DNA from: Phoronis australis
Taxonomy: Eukaryota; Animalia; Phoronida
DNA length: 64,000 bases
Assembly (NCBI GenBank): GCA_002633005.1
Contig: NMRA01000068.1
Coordinates: 1,097,148 to 1,161,147 of the forward strand
Direction of reading: 5' to 3'
Shown piece after piece: positions 11,306-24,319 of this stretch. Position 1 is the stretch's first letter. Every line of letters starts with the position of its first letter. The position numbers and the translations under genes are program-made. The notes beneath the pieces are model-generated. The model made no database searches and was not told the DNA's origin. It saw nothing but the letters and a program-made list of their open reading frames with translations.

Positions 11306-12695
11306 CTGAAAGTTAACAGTACATTAGTGTCAAACAATGACATGACAGCTACAGGCACCAGTGGACAGTTGAATGAACAGTTTTAACGGACTCAACTATG
11401 TTTCCTAAATTTTCAGCACATTTTTACTTGTTTACTCACTTTTGTTGTATTTTTCTACCACTTGTGAGCTCCTCTTTAACTTGTGACATTTGAATTTACC
11501 AAACCCTTATTTCACAGAAAAATAGTATTTAGTCTTCAAATTAGGCACGTTACATGAAAAGGTCCCAATTGATTTTAAAATAATACTAAGAATTCAACAC
11601 AGAGGTTACTTTCGCTTTGTATCAAAGCTAAAACTTAATGTAGAAATGAAGATAAAATAGCAGAGAAAATGATTAATCTATGTCTGCAGAAAGTCCACAA
11701 ATGCACTGAAAATTTACGGAACATGGTCAAGTTCCTATTGTGACTACCAGTCACAGGTTTGTTAGAACAACCACGATGCACCATTTTATTCTTCCAAATT
11801 TTTTTCCCAACCACAGATTTGTGTATCTTAGCTTAGGGAACATACTCAACCAATGAGATTTTCAAGAGAAAACGTCTGCCCAATTGGCTCTGCCAAACAT
11901 ACAACCAGACAATTGCGAATATTATCCATCAAAGTCGTCACCCAAGACCAATTCTGTCCAAAAATCAATCGGTATTCTTTTTGCAGCGGATATGTTCAGG
12001 TAGTTGTCCATTCATGCAACAAGTTATCAATAAAATCGAGCTGCGGTACATATGCAGCAGAGAGTACAGCAATTCACAGATCATTTATTTTATTCAAATA
12101 ATAGAATGGAATTTATTAATTAACACAAAGAGAAAACAAATTTCATGATTGCTAACACCAATTTCTCTGTTTTTGAAAACAGAAAATCAGGGTCTGTATT
12201 GATAATGTATCTGAAATAACGAAGTGTATCGCCAACATATGATGACTCATCCAAATAAAAAGTACGCCATTGAAAATTAAGGCTGGTTTAGGTTTTGGTG
12301 TCTATTTGTAGCAGTGAGAAAAGAGGAAGTTTTAGGATTTCCCTACAGCCTGGGTGTATTTGTGGAAATATATGCAAACTGGATGTATAGTCGCATTGGC
12401 TTCTATTTCAAAAGATATCTCTGCTACAAATTACATCTTCTTGTCCTCCAGATTTACAATTTGTTTACAAATATGTAATTATCGAGGGAGCAATTTCAGA
12501 CTTCAAATAAATAACTTTTCAAGAAAACACACCCTTTTTGGTCTGCAAGTGTGCGCACTCATTATATCAACTGAACAACCATGATCATCAAAAACTAATA
12601 GTGCTAAGGTTATGCACAATATACATGTAACAACTTGTAGGTGTGTATGAATAAGAAGGAACATAGTTCCGTGTGTGTGTGTGTGTGTTACGTAC

Positions 12696-12787
12696 CATGC
12701 CTCGATGATATGAAACGGAGAGAACCAAGGTGTAGACAAACACAAGCGTGTGCGCAATGAGCATCACAACATTGATGGACTGAAAGC
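12696..12787 (-). CDS. Four-TM protein, exon 3
   Basis: tttatttccag acceptor, phase 1 in; (G)FQSINVVMLIAHTLVFVYTLVLSVSYHRGM|gtacgt. Confidence 0.85.
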
Positions 12788-12909
12788 CTGGAAATAAACG
12801 GTACACTGTGACTACCACATATGGGCGGCGTTTATACAATGAGAAAAAAGCTTATTTAACATTTATATAATGAATTCAGAGTCTGACTTATTTCTGAACC
12901 TACAAGTCT

Positions 12910-13130
12910 ACATGACAAACAGTGTCAGTATATAACCATAATAGCAAGAGTATAAGGCAGTAGTTGACATACCATGCCTGGCGTGATCATAAACAGATGT
13001 CGATATATAACCACAATAGAGTAAGTAGTGGCAGTAGTTGACATACCGTGTCTGACATGATGTCAAACAATGTCACTATAATACCACAGTAGAATGAGTA
13101 TGAGGCAGTAGTTGACATACCATGTCTAAC
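12910..13130. repeat. 74-bp minisatellite (3 copies) overlapping the exon 2 donor
   Basis: gcagtagttgacatacc(a/g)tg at 12957, 13031 and 13105. Confidence 0.85.
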
Positions 13131-13232
13131 ATGCATCCTCCATTCTGTTCTGAACATGTACATGATGTCAAATGATGTTGATGTGTCAATCTGGTCCAGG
13201 ATAACTGTAGTTAAACCCAACAAAGCACAAAA
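13121..13232 (-). CDS. Four-TM protein, exon 2
   Basis: ttttccattccag acceptor; FCALLGLTTVILDQIDTSTSFDIMYMFRTEWRMHVRH + G|gtatgt (phase 1). Confidence 0.85.
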
Positions 13233-15879
13233 CTGGAATGGAAAACAGTTCTTAATGAAGGCCATTACACAGTAAAACTTAGAGATTACAGCAGAAAGTG
13301 TTCTTTAGTCAAAACTGACGAAGTTGTATAAATATGGAGTTTGCACTTCAGCAAAATGCAAGACATACAAATTAACACACATTACATACGTAAATGTCTA
13401 TACTAGTCAAAATTGAAAGTGATACCTTAAAACTGTTGAGGCTGATATTCGCCACCTGCTTTGTCTAATAAGACTAAGGGCCAATACAAGACCATTATAT
13501 CAGTAAGGGGTCTACATCCAAATTTAGTTCTATTTGAGAGAAGACAGATTTACAGCCACGTTAACTCCATTAGCACATTCATTCCAAAATTCACAATTGT
13601 TCTACTCCTGACATTCTGTGGTTGATGGCACGTATTTAGTGCCAAAGGAATCAACAAGTAATGGACAAAGTCAAAATATTTCAAGGCCTTTATTTCATGC
13701 AAAACTAATTATTGGAAAAGCAACCAACATTAGACACAAGATTTCTTTATTTCCTTTTTAAATTTGCACTGCATCATTCTCGCTCATCAATACATCATTC
13801 GGCCTAGGCACACAATGCTTCGCAGAATTTTTTTGACTGGAAAGCTTTTAATCATTCGATAAGGATTGAACAACACCCAACAAATGGAGGGAGTTTGCGC
13901 TTAGATTTATCTAATTTGCATCTTCAATGACGGTGACACTTCTACACTAGGTCAGTCCTGGAACTTTGATTGGTATTTAGTCAAATTGCGTACTTAGATA
14001 CTTGAATACAAGCGTCGGTTATAGAGTGCCGATTTAACTTTCGCATGGGCAACCAGCCTTATGGTTATAGAAAAACCTTTGAATATTAAGTCTCCGTACT
14101 TCAATTTCAAAGCTGTGGGTGACTAAGGGGCAACTCTGGTTCAGCAGTTAAGTGCCCATATAAGTGCAAGCACCCACACCTCAATTTCAAGGCTCGCCAA
14201 TTTAAGCATGCAGGGCTTTATTGCCGTTAATTTGAATATTTACCGTATCTAAAATGCGTAAAAGAGGGCTTTTTGGATACTGTTAGGACGGCGCATGATT
14301 TTTCAAACAGTCCATGGAGAACATTGAGTGATGGCTATGCCTTTTTCCAAATTGGTCTCTACTTTTTCGAGCAAATGTGTTGGTGTCACAAGTGCTGTCA
14401 AACAGGTTGCAGTGACATGTTAAAACGGGTCATAGAACGCACTGCATTGTTTTGTTATACTTTAAAATTATATCAGTATTTGCCAGATACAGAAATCAAT
14501 GTTTCATACAGCTTTGGTTAAAATACATACCACACCTGACATTTCAAACTTGGATTCCGATTCCCGAATCAAAAACTTTTTGAATTTTACCCTGGAAGCT
14601 CAAGTTTTTCCAATATTTTGGTAAGTAGACCAGAATAATGATGTGATCCGTAACTGAAACTTTGATTGTAGGTCATAAGGTAGGCAACATGTAGCCCCTT
14701 GGTTGGTTGGTCGGTTAGCTAGTTAAGGGCTACAATACCTCCCATCACTCTTTGTACAACTAATTTCGTCCCGGGCGGTAGGCGAAATCTGGTCACCGAT
14801 TAAGAGTTTTCACCTCGTCAAAAATACGTTCTGCACTTGAAACTATCGTTTAAAAAAACGCTTAGTTTCGTCAGTGGTCCTTTCTGCTTCTATACTTCTT
14901 TTTGATGAAGCAGAGCTACGAGTATTAAGGTGACTTTGGCGAAGAATTTCACCTCCACTTTTTGGTTAGCATAAACTCTTTCAACACGCACGCGATAAAT
15001 AACCACTAAGTATTTCAACTGAGTCACCTGAATTAAGCAAACACTAGCGTGAGACTGAGCGAAGTGTGTGACCTGATGCAACACTTGTAAAATAACATGG
15101 GAAGATATGAGGTGAAATTTGTAAGATTTGTGTCCCTTGGACTTTTTGCTACTCACCAGCCTCCCATTCAGTAACACTAAAAAGCAAGACTTCACGAGAT
15201 TACGTGAGATATTGCCGTGTATTTTAAATGAGAACACTTGACTTTGACTATATTTTAACTAGGTCCCAGCGTAGGTCAACTGAAAGCACGCCAGGTGTGA
15301 TTTTCACGAAATTTCTTCAAAATGGCACCCCGTGAGAGAAACTTGCACGACCACGAGATTTTAATTCATGAATATGTTCAAGTTATGCTGGTTAAATTGC
15401 ATCCAGAGTCAAAGTATGTGTTAATTATAGCTCCACGAGTATATGTGCATACTTTACTCGATTTTATATGTTGTGTTATGAAATGAGTAACTTTTTATGG
15501 CGCTGTACTATCGCCACTGACCCTCTCCTGTATACCTTCGGCATTCACTATTCAGCTTATTCAGGGCGATTGCCTCGTCAGAGTAGCGATTTTGATTCAA
15601 ATCCAAAATGTATGCCTTCTGTGTTTCCTAACTGTCGCCCCATGTTTGTGATTACTTACAGGCGATTTACATGTCTAACAAAGTCCTATATTCATTTTAT
15701 CATAAACTGTATATAGGTGTATGACTCACAGACTGTTGAATTCTTGACCTACTTTGAGAGGGACTAAATTCAAACTACAACACCATTACTACATTAGATT
15801 ACGTCGACAATGATGACAAATTTGCAGACAGAATTCTCTTGTTTAAACATATATGCAGTTAAAGCATAAATATACTTAC

Positions 15880-15948
15880 TATAGTGACTAAAAACGCCAC
15901 AAATGTCCCCGTCTTTAGCGACCAACACAAACAGCGACTGACCGCCAT
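15880..15948 (-). CDS. Four-TM protein (LAPTM/TMEM217-like), exon 1
   Basis: aaaATGG start; MAVSRCLCWSLKTGTFVAFLVTI then gtaagt donor, phase 0. C.C.sl+TGt N-terminus is typical of LAPTM/Mtp-like tetraspan proteins. Confidence 0.85.
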
Positions 15949-16962
15949 TTTAAAAATTTTACAAACACCTCTCAGCACCTGGCAGGTGTGTATTTAATAT
16001 ACTTAACTGTTGTTTAAAACTCATAAATGTATAAAACGAGCATTTTAAGTGAATCTTTGTAATTACGTTTGAAATTCAAAATGGATATCGCTGTTGAAAG
16101 GGGTAGAGTGTCAATTATTATGTTAAAAACATATTAATCAAAATTGTCCGTTTGGGAGTATGGCTTTGTTACTACCCAATAGATGTCGCAAAAGTATACC
16201 AGAAGAACTTGCAACTGTCGCCCCACAGCCACAGTCCTTTGGAAATCGACACAATTTTGCATTACAGTTTCTGCAGAATGATATTACCTAACTAAAAGAA
16301 TTTAAAATAACATAAATGCCCACTGGTGACGCAATTATTTCCGTTTGGATGCCTAAAATGGTAGCAAACTTCTTTGCATTCTGATACCCAACACATAGAT
16401 TAAAAATAATTATCTAGTCATCTGACGTATAGTAGTCTAGCGCCACTGTGTTCGTAGGAAACATTTCCGAGGTATTTCGTAATTCAGTACAATAAACATT
16501 TACTCTGGAATACAAACAACTTCAAAGTGGCTTATCCAATGGTAGAAACGATCTTTATAAGGATACCACTAACCCGGTTTTGGCCAATTAACAGATACTA
16601 AAAACAACTATCTCACCCAGTTCTCTGAATAAATAATGCTCTGTAATACTGGACAACCCTAACAAAAATGGAAGAAAATTTGTAAACTCTTTACAAAGTC
16701 AGCTAAACGGGCAAGCGAAATACAAGGCAACTGTGCCGGGGAAATGACCACCCACGGACAAAGAATATGCAATTTGTGAGAAAGGGAGTATGAAATTATG
16801 GTTGATTCCTGTGTTTAACTTGATTGACGCCAACGATGCAGTAGCATGTGACAGAATGAGAATTTGTTGAAATCATCAAAACACGGTTTAAGTAGGCGTA
16901 CTTTGAACAATTTGTAAAGATTTTGAATCCAATTTAGTTTATCTTATTCCGTCCAGTCGGAT

Positions 16963-17142
16963 CATGCACGCACCCAGCCCTAAAAATTGGGGGGCTCGTA
17001 ATTCGTCAACTTTTGATAGGTCCTGCTTTTCAGTGGACTTTTGTCTCGTTACCTACTTTATTTATTTTCCGAGACGCCAAACTGAGGGGTCATTTGAGCC
17101 TCCGACTGCTCCCCCCCCCACCCGGCCCTGAGTGCGCGTATG
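16963..17142. mobile_element. CATGCGCGCACCC-family MITE
   Basis: catgcacgcaccc ... agtgcgcgtatg inverted ends; internal gggggctc/aggtcc motifs shared with copies near 7094, 19330-19550, 58870 and 62059. Confidence 0.7.
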
Positions 17143-17819
17143 GTGATGTAGCTTTTACACAGTAAAACACTTTTTTCAGAAACAATGAAACTATTTTATT
17201 CTAACACTAATTACTGTCAGACGACAGACATGCATAACATACCGGTTCCATGCAATCATCAAGTAGACAGGATAACACTGCAGGACATGACGCTAATTCA
17301 GGCTGTAACATTTCAGGCAATAAAATGCAACACCGGAAATAAGAAAATAGAGTCAGCTCTCGTGTCAACAATATTAAAAATGTTATTTCTACAGAACTTT
17401 TAAACACTCTGATAATGCTTTAGGATAGTTAAGAATATCACTGAGTGACACCTCAGGCCTGCATGGACAGAGTAATTCTAAGGGCTGGTTAGACAAGAAA
17501 CATTCGGTTGGTTCTGGTCTGCACCCCGACTCATCGCTTAAAGTCATTTCATTCGTTTGTAGTATTTACAACGATTTTTTTCAAACTTTTTGCTCAAGTT
17601 GAAAGTTAATAACTTTTTGAACTCCATGTCACATCAAAAAACCGGCTTAAACGGCGTTAAGAGGTTTTTTCTTCTATAACTCGGACCATAGGCCTTTAAA
17701 GCGGCCATAAAGCCAAGTTTCGTCGAAGTGCCTGAACTCATTTCTTACTCCGATGTCAAGTGATTTTTGAATTAGCAACACTTGAAAGAAGTGACATTTC
17801 GTTGTTAATCGAGGTTACA

Positions 17820-18832
17820 TGACAGTAGTCCGAAGGTGCACTAGTCCGAAGGTGCACTAGCCCGAAAATACTAGATTTCGGACTCGGATGTATTTCTCAT
17901 CTTTTTTTCTACATGCAATAATATATAGTACTTCGGTTGTCAGTCGCAGTGGTGCAGGCCTGCCTACCGAGAACAACCGCCAGCCGGGTACCACTACACT
18001 TTGTTCGGGTTCCCTGCGCGTGCGAAATTGCATATCTTGAGTGGTTACAGCCCATTATTCCGAAAACCAGTGCGATTAAAGCGCAGCGCTACACTGTGAG
18101 TTTCGTAGAATGCCCACAAAAATTGCATTGGCTCTGTCCCGCCTTATTAGTGAGTAAACCTGCTGACTAGTGCACCTTCGCACTAGGGAACCTTCGGACT
18201 TGTCCACCTTCGTACTATTGAGCTGCTCCCGTTTCGCGAGACTATTCTTGGCAAACTCAATGACATGCCGTGACAAGTGAACTTGTAAGGCCTGAGTGTT
18301 CTCTCAGCAGCAATAAAGAAATGCGAGTTCTAGCGAAATTGCATCTAATTTGACTAAAGACGAATTTCACAAGAATATGGCAGTAGTCCGAAAGTGTGCA
18401 AGTTTCTCTGCATGTGATTTCTCCGTACGTCGCTGAATGGACGCGAAAAAATTCTCCAAACATTTCAAAAATATTAATGCCTTTTTGGCACTCGTGCGAC
18501 ATCGAAGACGATACTTTGTACCTAACACCTACAAGAAGCTTTGGCTATGAAAGAAAATTAAAGTGAATGATATCATTGTTGATCGGAAATTATGCTCGCC
18601 AAACTTGCAAAACATGAGTCACGAAGGGTTACGCACGGAAATGAATTTTCCCATTTGCCAAAAATCTCAAAATCGAGGCATTTTCGGAAGCCATTGACTT
18701 GATTCTCGCGATAGCTTCCGGCTGCATCAGAAAGTGAGTTTGGAAGAATGTCGACAAAAATTGCACATTAATGCTTCATGGCTCAGTTCCGACTTTTTGG
18801 ATTAGTGCACATTCGGACTAGTGAGCTGCTGC
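17820..18832. mobile_element. Non-autonomous DNA transposon(s) with 16-bp subterminal repeats, superfamily uncertain
   Basis: (agtccgaaggtgcact)n at 17827-17866, inverted arrays at 18165-18230 and 18800-18832 ending gagctgct(c/g)cc. A related array lies at 19225-19330. Confidence 0.6.
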
Positions 18833-20750
18833 CTTTCTACTTGCAGTAAGTTGTCTACATCAAAAGTTGTTTTTGTGGCGGAAGACAGGGACCAAGAAAC
18901 TTTGACTAAAGTCTAAGATTTGTCTAATTTTCCTAACTTAGAAATGTCCACATCCTCTAAGTTCGTCAAAATTAAGACAAAACTTAAGTCAAAAACTTAA
19001 GATCTCTTTCTTGAAAAGGACTTGAGAGAAATTTAAGTTTTATCTTAAAATTGACTTGAATTTAAGCTTAGTCAATTTTTTTGTTACGGGCCCGTTTAAA
19101 AAAGCGCATGCCTGCATCAATTTCATCAAAGGTCCTTTTTTGGAAAAATCCTCATAAACGCACGCAATTTTAAACGACGTTGCTTGCCAGTAGTGAGGCG
19201 TATTTACTTGTTAATGAAGGTTACAGCCCAAAATTCTGAAGATCCACTACTTCGAAGGCCCACCACTCCAAAAAAAACCCATTACTCTGAAAAAAAAAAC
19301 TCTACTCCGAAGATCCACTACTCCGAAAAAAGATTGCAAGCTCCCCATTTGGCGAAGTGGGCAAAAAAGGTTTTCTCTCCGAGAAACAAAAAGTCCGAGA
19401 AAATGAAACAAAAGTCCACTAAATAAGCACAAACGCACAATTCTCAGTGGTGCCCCGCCCTTTTTTTCGGTCCACGCGCTTTTTCGTTACCAAAAGGTCC
19501 ACTGCAGGAATTCGAGCCCCCCATATGATTGAAGGCTGGGTGCGTGCAGGATCACTAACTTTAAAGCATTCTCAAGCCACTTCATTCACTGCAAACAGTT
19601 CATTAGAACAAAATAATCTGAACACATGTTTCTTTTTCAAACACTAGGCGCTTCGGGGCTTAAAAATATAACCGCACTCATCAGATCTTGAATTGTTGCC
19701 GAATGAGTCGACAACTCGAGTCACAAGCAATGCGTACATCCGCCACTTTCGATTTTACAAGTTTTTGGTTCGCCAATTCCAATTAACTCTGAAGTGTTTT
19801 CTCCAGTCGTTGATGTTGGTAACGGAAATGGTATATCACTGTATATATAATGAGGCCGATTTTATGATAGTAAAGGGGCTAATTCGTTCTTTGCCAGCTA
19901 AACAAGTCGATGCAGGTAAAGTAAAGCAAAAGAATCGAAACTAAGGCAAGCCAAGTGAGGAGATTCAGTAGCTTCTTGGCCGAATACATTGTTTCTGTGC
20001 TTATTTACAAAGTAATCATCTAGTGTAAAGTGACACAAAGTTTTCAGTCTGAATTATGTTTATTGCTCCTGGAGTGGAATCCTCTTCCGAAAACTGTGCT
20101 GGTACTGTATATTATGGGCGTATTTAGGCTCACGACTTACCATCAGCTAGCCTACAAAATGTGTCAAGGAGCCAGCACACGCAACACACTTTTTGTCGTG
20201 AGCCAGCGAACACTATACGATTTCTTTCAACGACATTTTACGTGAGGAAAAATCGTATCGTGTGCAAACATTTGAATAAAACCCAAAAAATCAAAGTTTT
20301 AACTGAACAACAGAGGCTTGACTTACCCGTAACAAAACGGAAGATGGTAATATGTATTCATTTGATAATGCAAGTGAAAAATACAAAGAATGTGCCGCAA
20401 ACACCCAGGAAATAATAAGTTGAACGAACAGGTTACGTAGGACCTTGTCGCCAAGTTTGTGCATTTCGCCAAATATCTACAAAACTATTTATTTTAACTA
20501 AGTATTGTGCCAGTCAAGTGATTTCTCACCGCTATGGATATCGTTACGACCAAATCACTATCACATGCAACTTCTGCTTTTCGAGGACTTAAGATTCATG
20601 TTCTGTCGCCTGAGAACTCAACGCGCTGTGGGTAGCCGGGCTAGTTAGTCCCCGTCTATCAGGTGAAGTCATTTCTAGTACGCCGTGGCAAGTTGTTGTT
20701 ACTGGGTCGAATAACAGGTGCGACCAGCGCGTTGTTTGATTACGCATTGC

Positions 20751-20761
20751 CAAGATGGCGG
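20751..20761 (+). promoter_or_regulatory. YY1-like motif at the probable gogo/THSD1 transcription start region
   Basis: CAAGATGGCGG in a CpG-rich segment about 130 nt upstream of the ATG. Confidence 0.5.
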
Positions 20762-20886
20762 ATGGTTGATGAGTGGTGCTTCGCTAGCCGGTTACAAATA
20801 TCGATAATGTTTGCGTTTTTGGAGCTGAAATAATGCCTTCTTATGGCTAATGTAGTAGATGGAGTAACGAGCGACATTTCTGTAGA

Positions 20887-20944
20887 ATGTGCCGAGTGAT
20901 CAACGTTCTCTGCGCCGTATGGATGGCTTTAACTTTGAATTCAG
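20887..20944 (+). CDS. THSD1: gogo/THSD1-like receptor, exon 1 (signal peptide)
   Basis: MCRVINVLCAVWMALTLNS + G|gtaaag; 58 nt, phase 1, which fits the exon 2 acceptor phase. Hydrophobic signal-peptide character. Confidence 0.75.
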
Positions 20945-22842
20945 GTAAAGGTTACAAAGCCAATGTTAGCGTAACTTCCTCGGAGTGCCAGTTTACTTAA
21001 CGCTTTTGTTAATGTGTTAATGCTCGTTTAGCAAATAGGTACTAACACAACGACTGGACCTTGGCCCCTAACTCTCGCAGTTCATTGCTATGCTACCAGT
21101 TGTGTTTTGTTACATAATTTAACAGTGTTTTTGTGGGCTTTGAGGGATTACCAAACCCAACAGAATAAACGAAACAGTTCGTAACAGAGGTCTTTTTAAG
21201 TAGAAGTAGACAAAGTCCCTTGTCATAACTTGACAGTGACAATTTGTTATTTTTAATAAACCAGCCTTAAACAAACTCTGCTACTGCTTCAACACTTGCT
21301 CCCAGTGGTTACTACACTACACTACACTACTGTTTTCAGTTCCTTTATGACTTGAGCTAATCTTTCTTTTGTAAGTTGGTAAGTGTCTCAAATGACAATT
21401 CATGTTGAAAACAGGGTTAATCTACATGGGACTGTGTTTGCCCTTAGATTAAAGTTAGTATTTCAAACATAATAGTACCTTTTGACCCTGACATAAAAGG
21501 TGCAGTGAAACACTAACAGTTTTTGTACATACATGTGTAGTTGTACTAAATCTTGTTGAGAGCCCAGTGCTGGACTGTAGCCTCCATCACGTTTGTACAT
21601 CTACAAACTGTAATAAAGTACTTTCTGATAATAGAAATTCGTGAAATTTGATTGGTGACTTTTGTAACAATCTGCAAGTAATTGACATATGACCTCAACT
21701 TTTTAATAAAATTTAGTTGAAAAAGATAGTTACATACATTCGCAGCAGGCCAGCATTATCAATAAAATGGCCAAATTTCACTTTATTTAACCGTTCAAGA
21801 TGAAATCTTACAAAATGCTTTTAGTTTTCTAAATTATCATTTCATTTCCTTTCACGAAACTTTCTATTTTTTCATATTTCATAGAATAGTGCATAGTATC
21901 CGATTATCCATTTCTGAGGTACAAATTGGTTTTCCAAAGGTGAAGTGCATCTGTCTAACTCTCCATTTGGAAATGGTGGATGTGTCTTCCACAGTCATTT
22001 ACTTCTCTTTACCACACACTGTTGGATCACCACATCACATACTGTCAAAGTTGAGTCAACATGCAGTGTTGTTGGACTAGTTCACATCAGACAATGTCTT
22101 TTGTCTGGCAACTGGTAATGACAGACTGGTTGTATGGTAAAAGGTGTGAACAGTAGGTTGACCTCTGTGAAAGTAATATGAACCTATTTGTACACTTTTG
22201 ACTTATAGTAGTTGCAACTAACACCCCAGACTGTTGCACCGTGGGAACAAATGGTTTACAAAATGAACACCAAGCAACTGCAAAGGACATTACCCTTTTA
22301 TATATTTGTATATTTACTGATGTAAATGTTTAAATACTACCATACATGGACATATTCAGGTTCTTGAAGAAATCTTGTAGATTTCATGTTGAATTAAATG
22401 ACGGAAGTTATGGGAACATTATTTCACTCCTTTCACCCTTCATTTGCTGTGGTTCATATATAGTGAGACATTTATCTCAAAGACTCAAAATTCGCTGTCC
22501 ATTTGTGGATTTAGCCCAGACTCCAAACTCACTCTCTATCTGTGGCAATGTACAAGGTTCCAGGGTATTTTTTGTTCAGTCAATTCTATATTATCATTTC
22601 CTCATACTTTCCCCGTGATAGAGAATTGACGGATCCAATTTGTAGATTAGTGTAAACTATCTTCCGTATGCATCATTTGATATACTCATTTTCTCCTGTT
22701 CTACTAAACACTAGCTTGAAGGAATACACCAGAACTTTCTGTTTTGTAAGTTTGTTGATAATTTTTACCTGAATGTTTAAAAATCATGTCATGACAGAAT
22801 TTGAGCTATAGCGATTGTTCTCCCTGTTTGTAAACATCAAAA

Positions 22843-24319
22843 AACACCACAAAGATCAGTTCTGGTCAATAATTCTTGGGTAACTTCAATATGTGTGTCA
22901 CAAGGAAGGCTGGAGTGAGTTCATATCAGCAATGTCACAGCTGATATCAGACATGTCTGCATTTAGTACAATGTAAACACACCTTATTGAGCTCTTATCT
23001 GGGTCTTTGCCTTAGTACCCTTTCATGCTGTCCTAGACTATTGGTATCTATGCAACCTGTGTACCTCCAGCTGTAGTAGTCAAGTCACAAGGGACATGTA
23101 CACTGAGCCTGGCTTCATCTCAGTCCATAATTTTCTATAATATGTGAAGGTGATCATAATCTAATTATAGTCCTCGATTCGCATCTTTTGCAGAAATAGG
23201 TGGTAATTTTTCAGTGGAGAAAACACTGACATTATAGCCTGACAAATGATAATTATGATTTCCGTGAAAGGGCCATATTGGCTAGTAGCCAGAGCTCTTG
23301 CATTTGTGTCATCACCACTGGATAATGGATCTGCGTGTTCATTCTCTGCAACTGCAAGAATTTGATGCACACATTGTTAATAGCAGGTCTCTTTCCACTT
23401 GTGTGCCGTTTGAAGTGTATGGTGAAGTTCCAAAAGTGTTAGCGAAAACCCTTGCAGTTTCGNGGGGGGGGGGGGTAACTCAAGCACCTTCAACAAACTG
23501 TCATGAAAACTGTTCTTTGCAGTCATTGACATTTACTCGAATTTTTGCTTGTAGCAAAAGTGCTTATAAAAAACAGTAGCATTTNAACACCACAAGGATC
23601 AGTTCTGGTCAATAATTCTTGGGTAACTTCAATATGTGTGTCACAAGGAAGGCTGGAGTGAGTTCATATCAGCAATGTCACAGCTGATATCAGACATGTC
23701 TGCATTTAGTATAATGTAAACACACCTTATTGAGCTCTTATCTGGGTCTTTGCCTTAGTACCCTTTCATGCTGTCCTAGACTATTGGTATCTATGCAACC
23801 TGTGTACCTCCAGCTGTAGTAGTCAAGTCACAAGGGACATGTACACTGAGCCTGGCTTCATCTCAGTCCATAATTTTCTATAATATGTGAAGGTGATCAT
23901 AATCTAATTATAGTCCTCGATTCGCATCTTTTGCAGAAATAGGTGGTAATTTTTCAGTGGAGAAAACACTGACATTATAGCCTGATAAATGATAATTATG
24001 ATTTCCGTGAAAGGGCCATATTGGCTAGTAGCCAGAGCTCTTGCATTTGTGTCATCACCACTGGATAATGGATCTGCGTGTTCAGTCTCTGCAACTGCAA
24101 GAATTTGATGCACACATTGTTAATAGCAGGTCTCTTTCCACTTGTGTGCCATTTGAAGTGTATGGTGAAGTTCCAAAAGTGTTAGCGAANGGGGGTGGGG
24201 GGGGGGGGGGTAACTCAAGCACCTTCAACAAACTGTCATGAAAACTGTTCTTTGCAGTCATTGACATTTACTGGAATTTTTGCTTGTAGCAAAAGTGCTT
24301 GTAAAAAACAGTAGCATTT
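22843..24319. repeat. Near-identical 743-bp tandem duplication joined at an N
   Basis: Copy 1 at 22843-23584, N at 23585, copy 2 at 23586-24319; only a few substitutions. Further Ns at 23463 and 24190. Confidence 0.95.

Noticed and set aside
12503-12640. Hydrophobic ORF segment VVTCILCITLALLVF as an extra exon of the four-TM gene
   Set aside because: Weak acceptor and incompatible phase; exons 3 and 4 already join in frame with four TMs accounted for.
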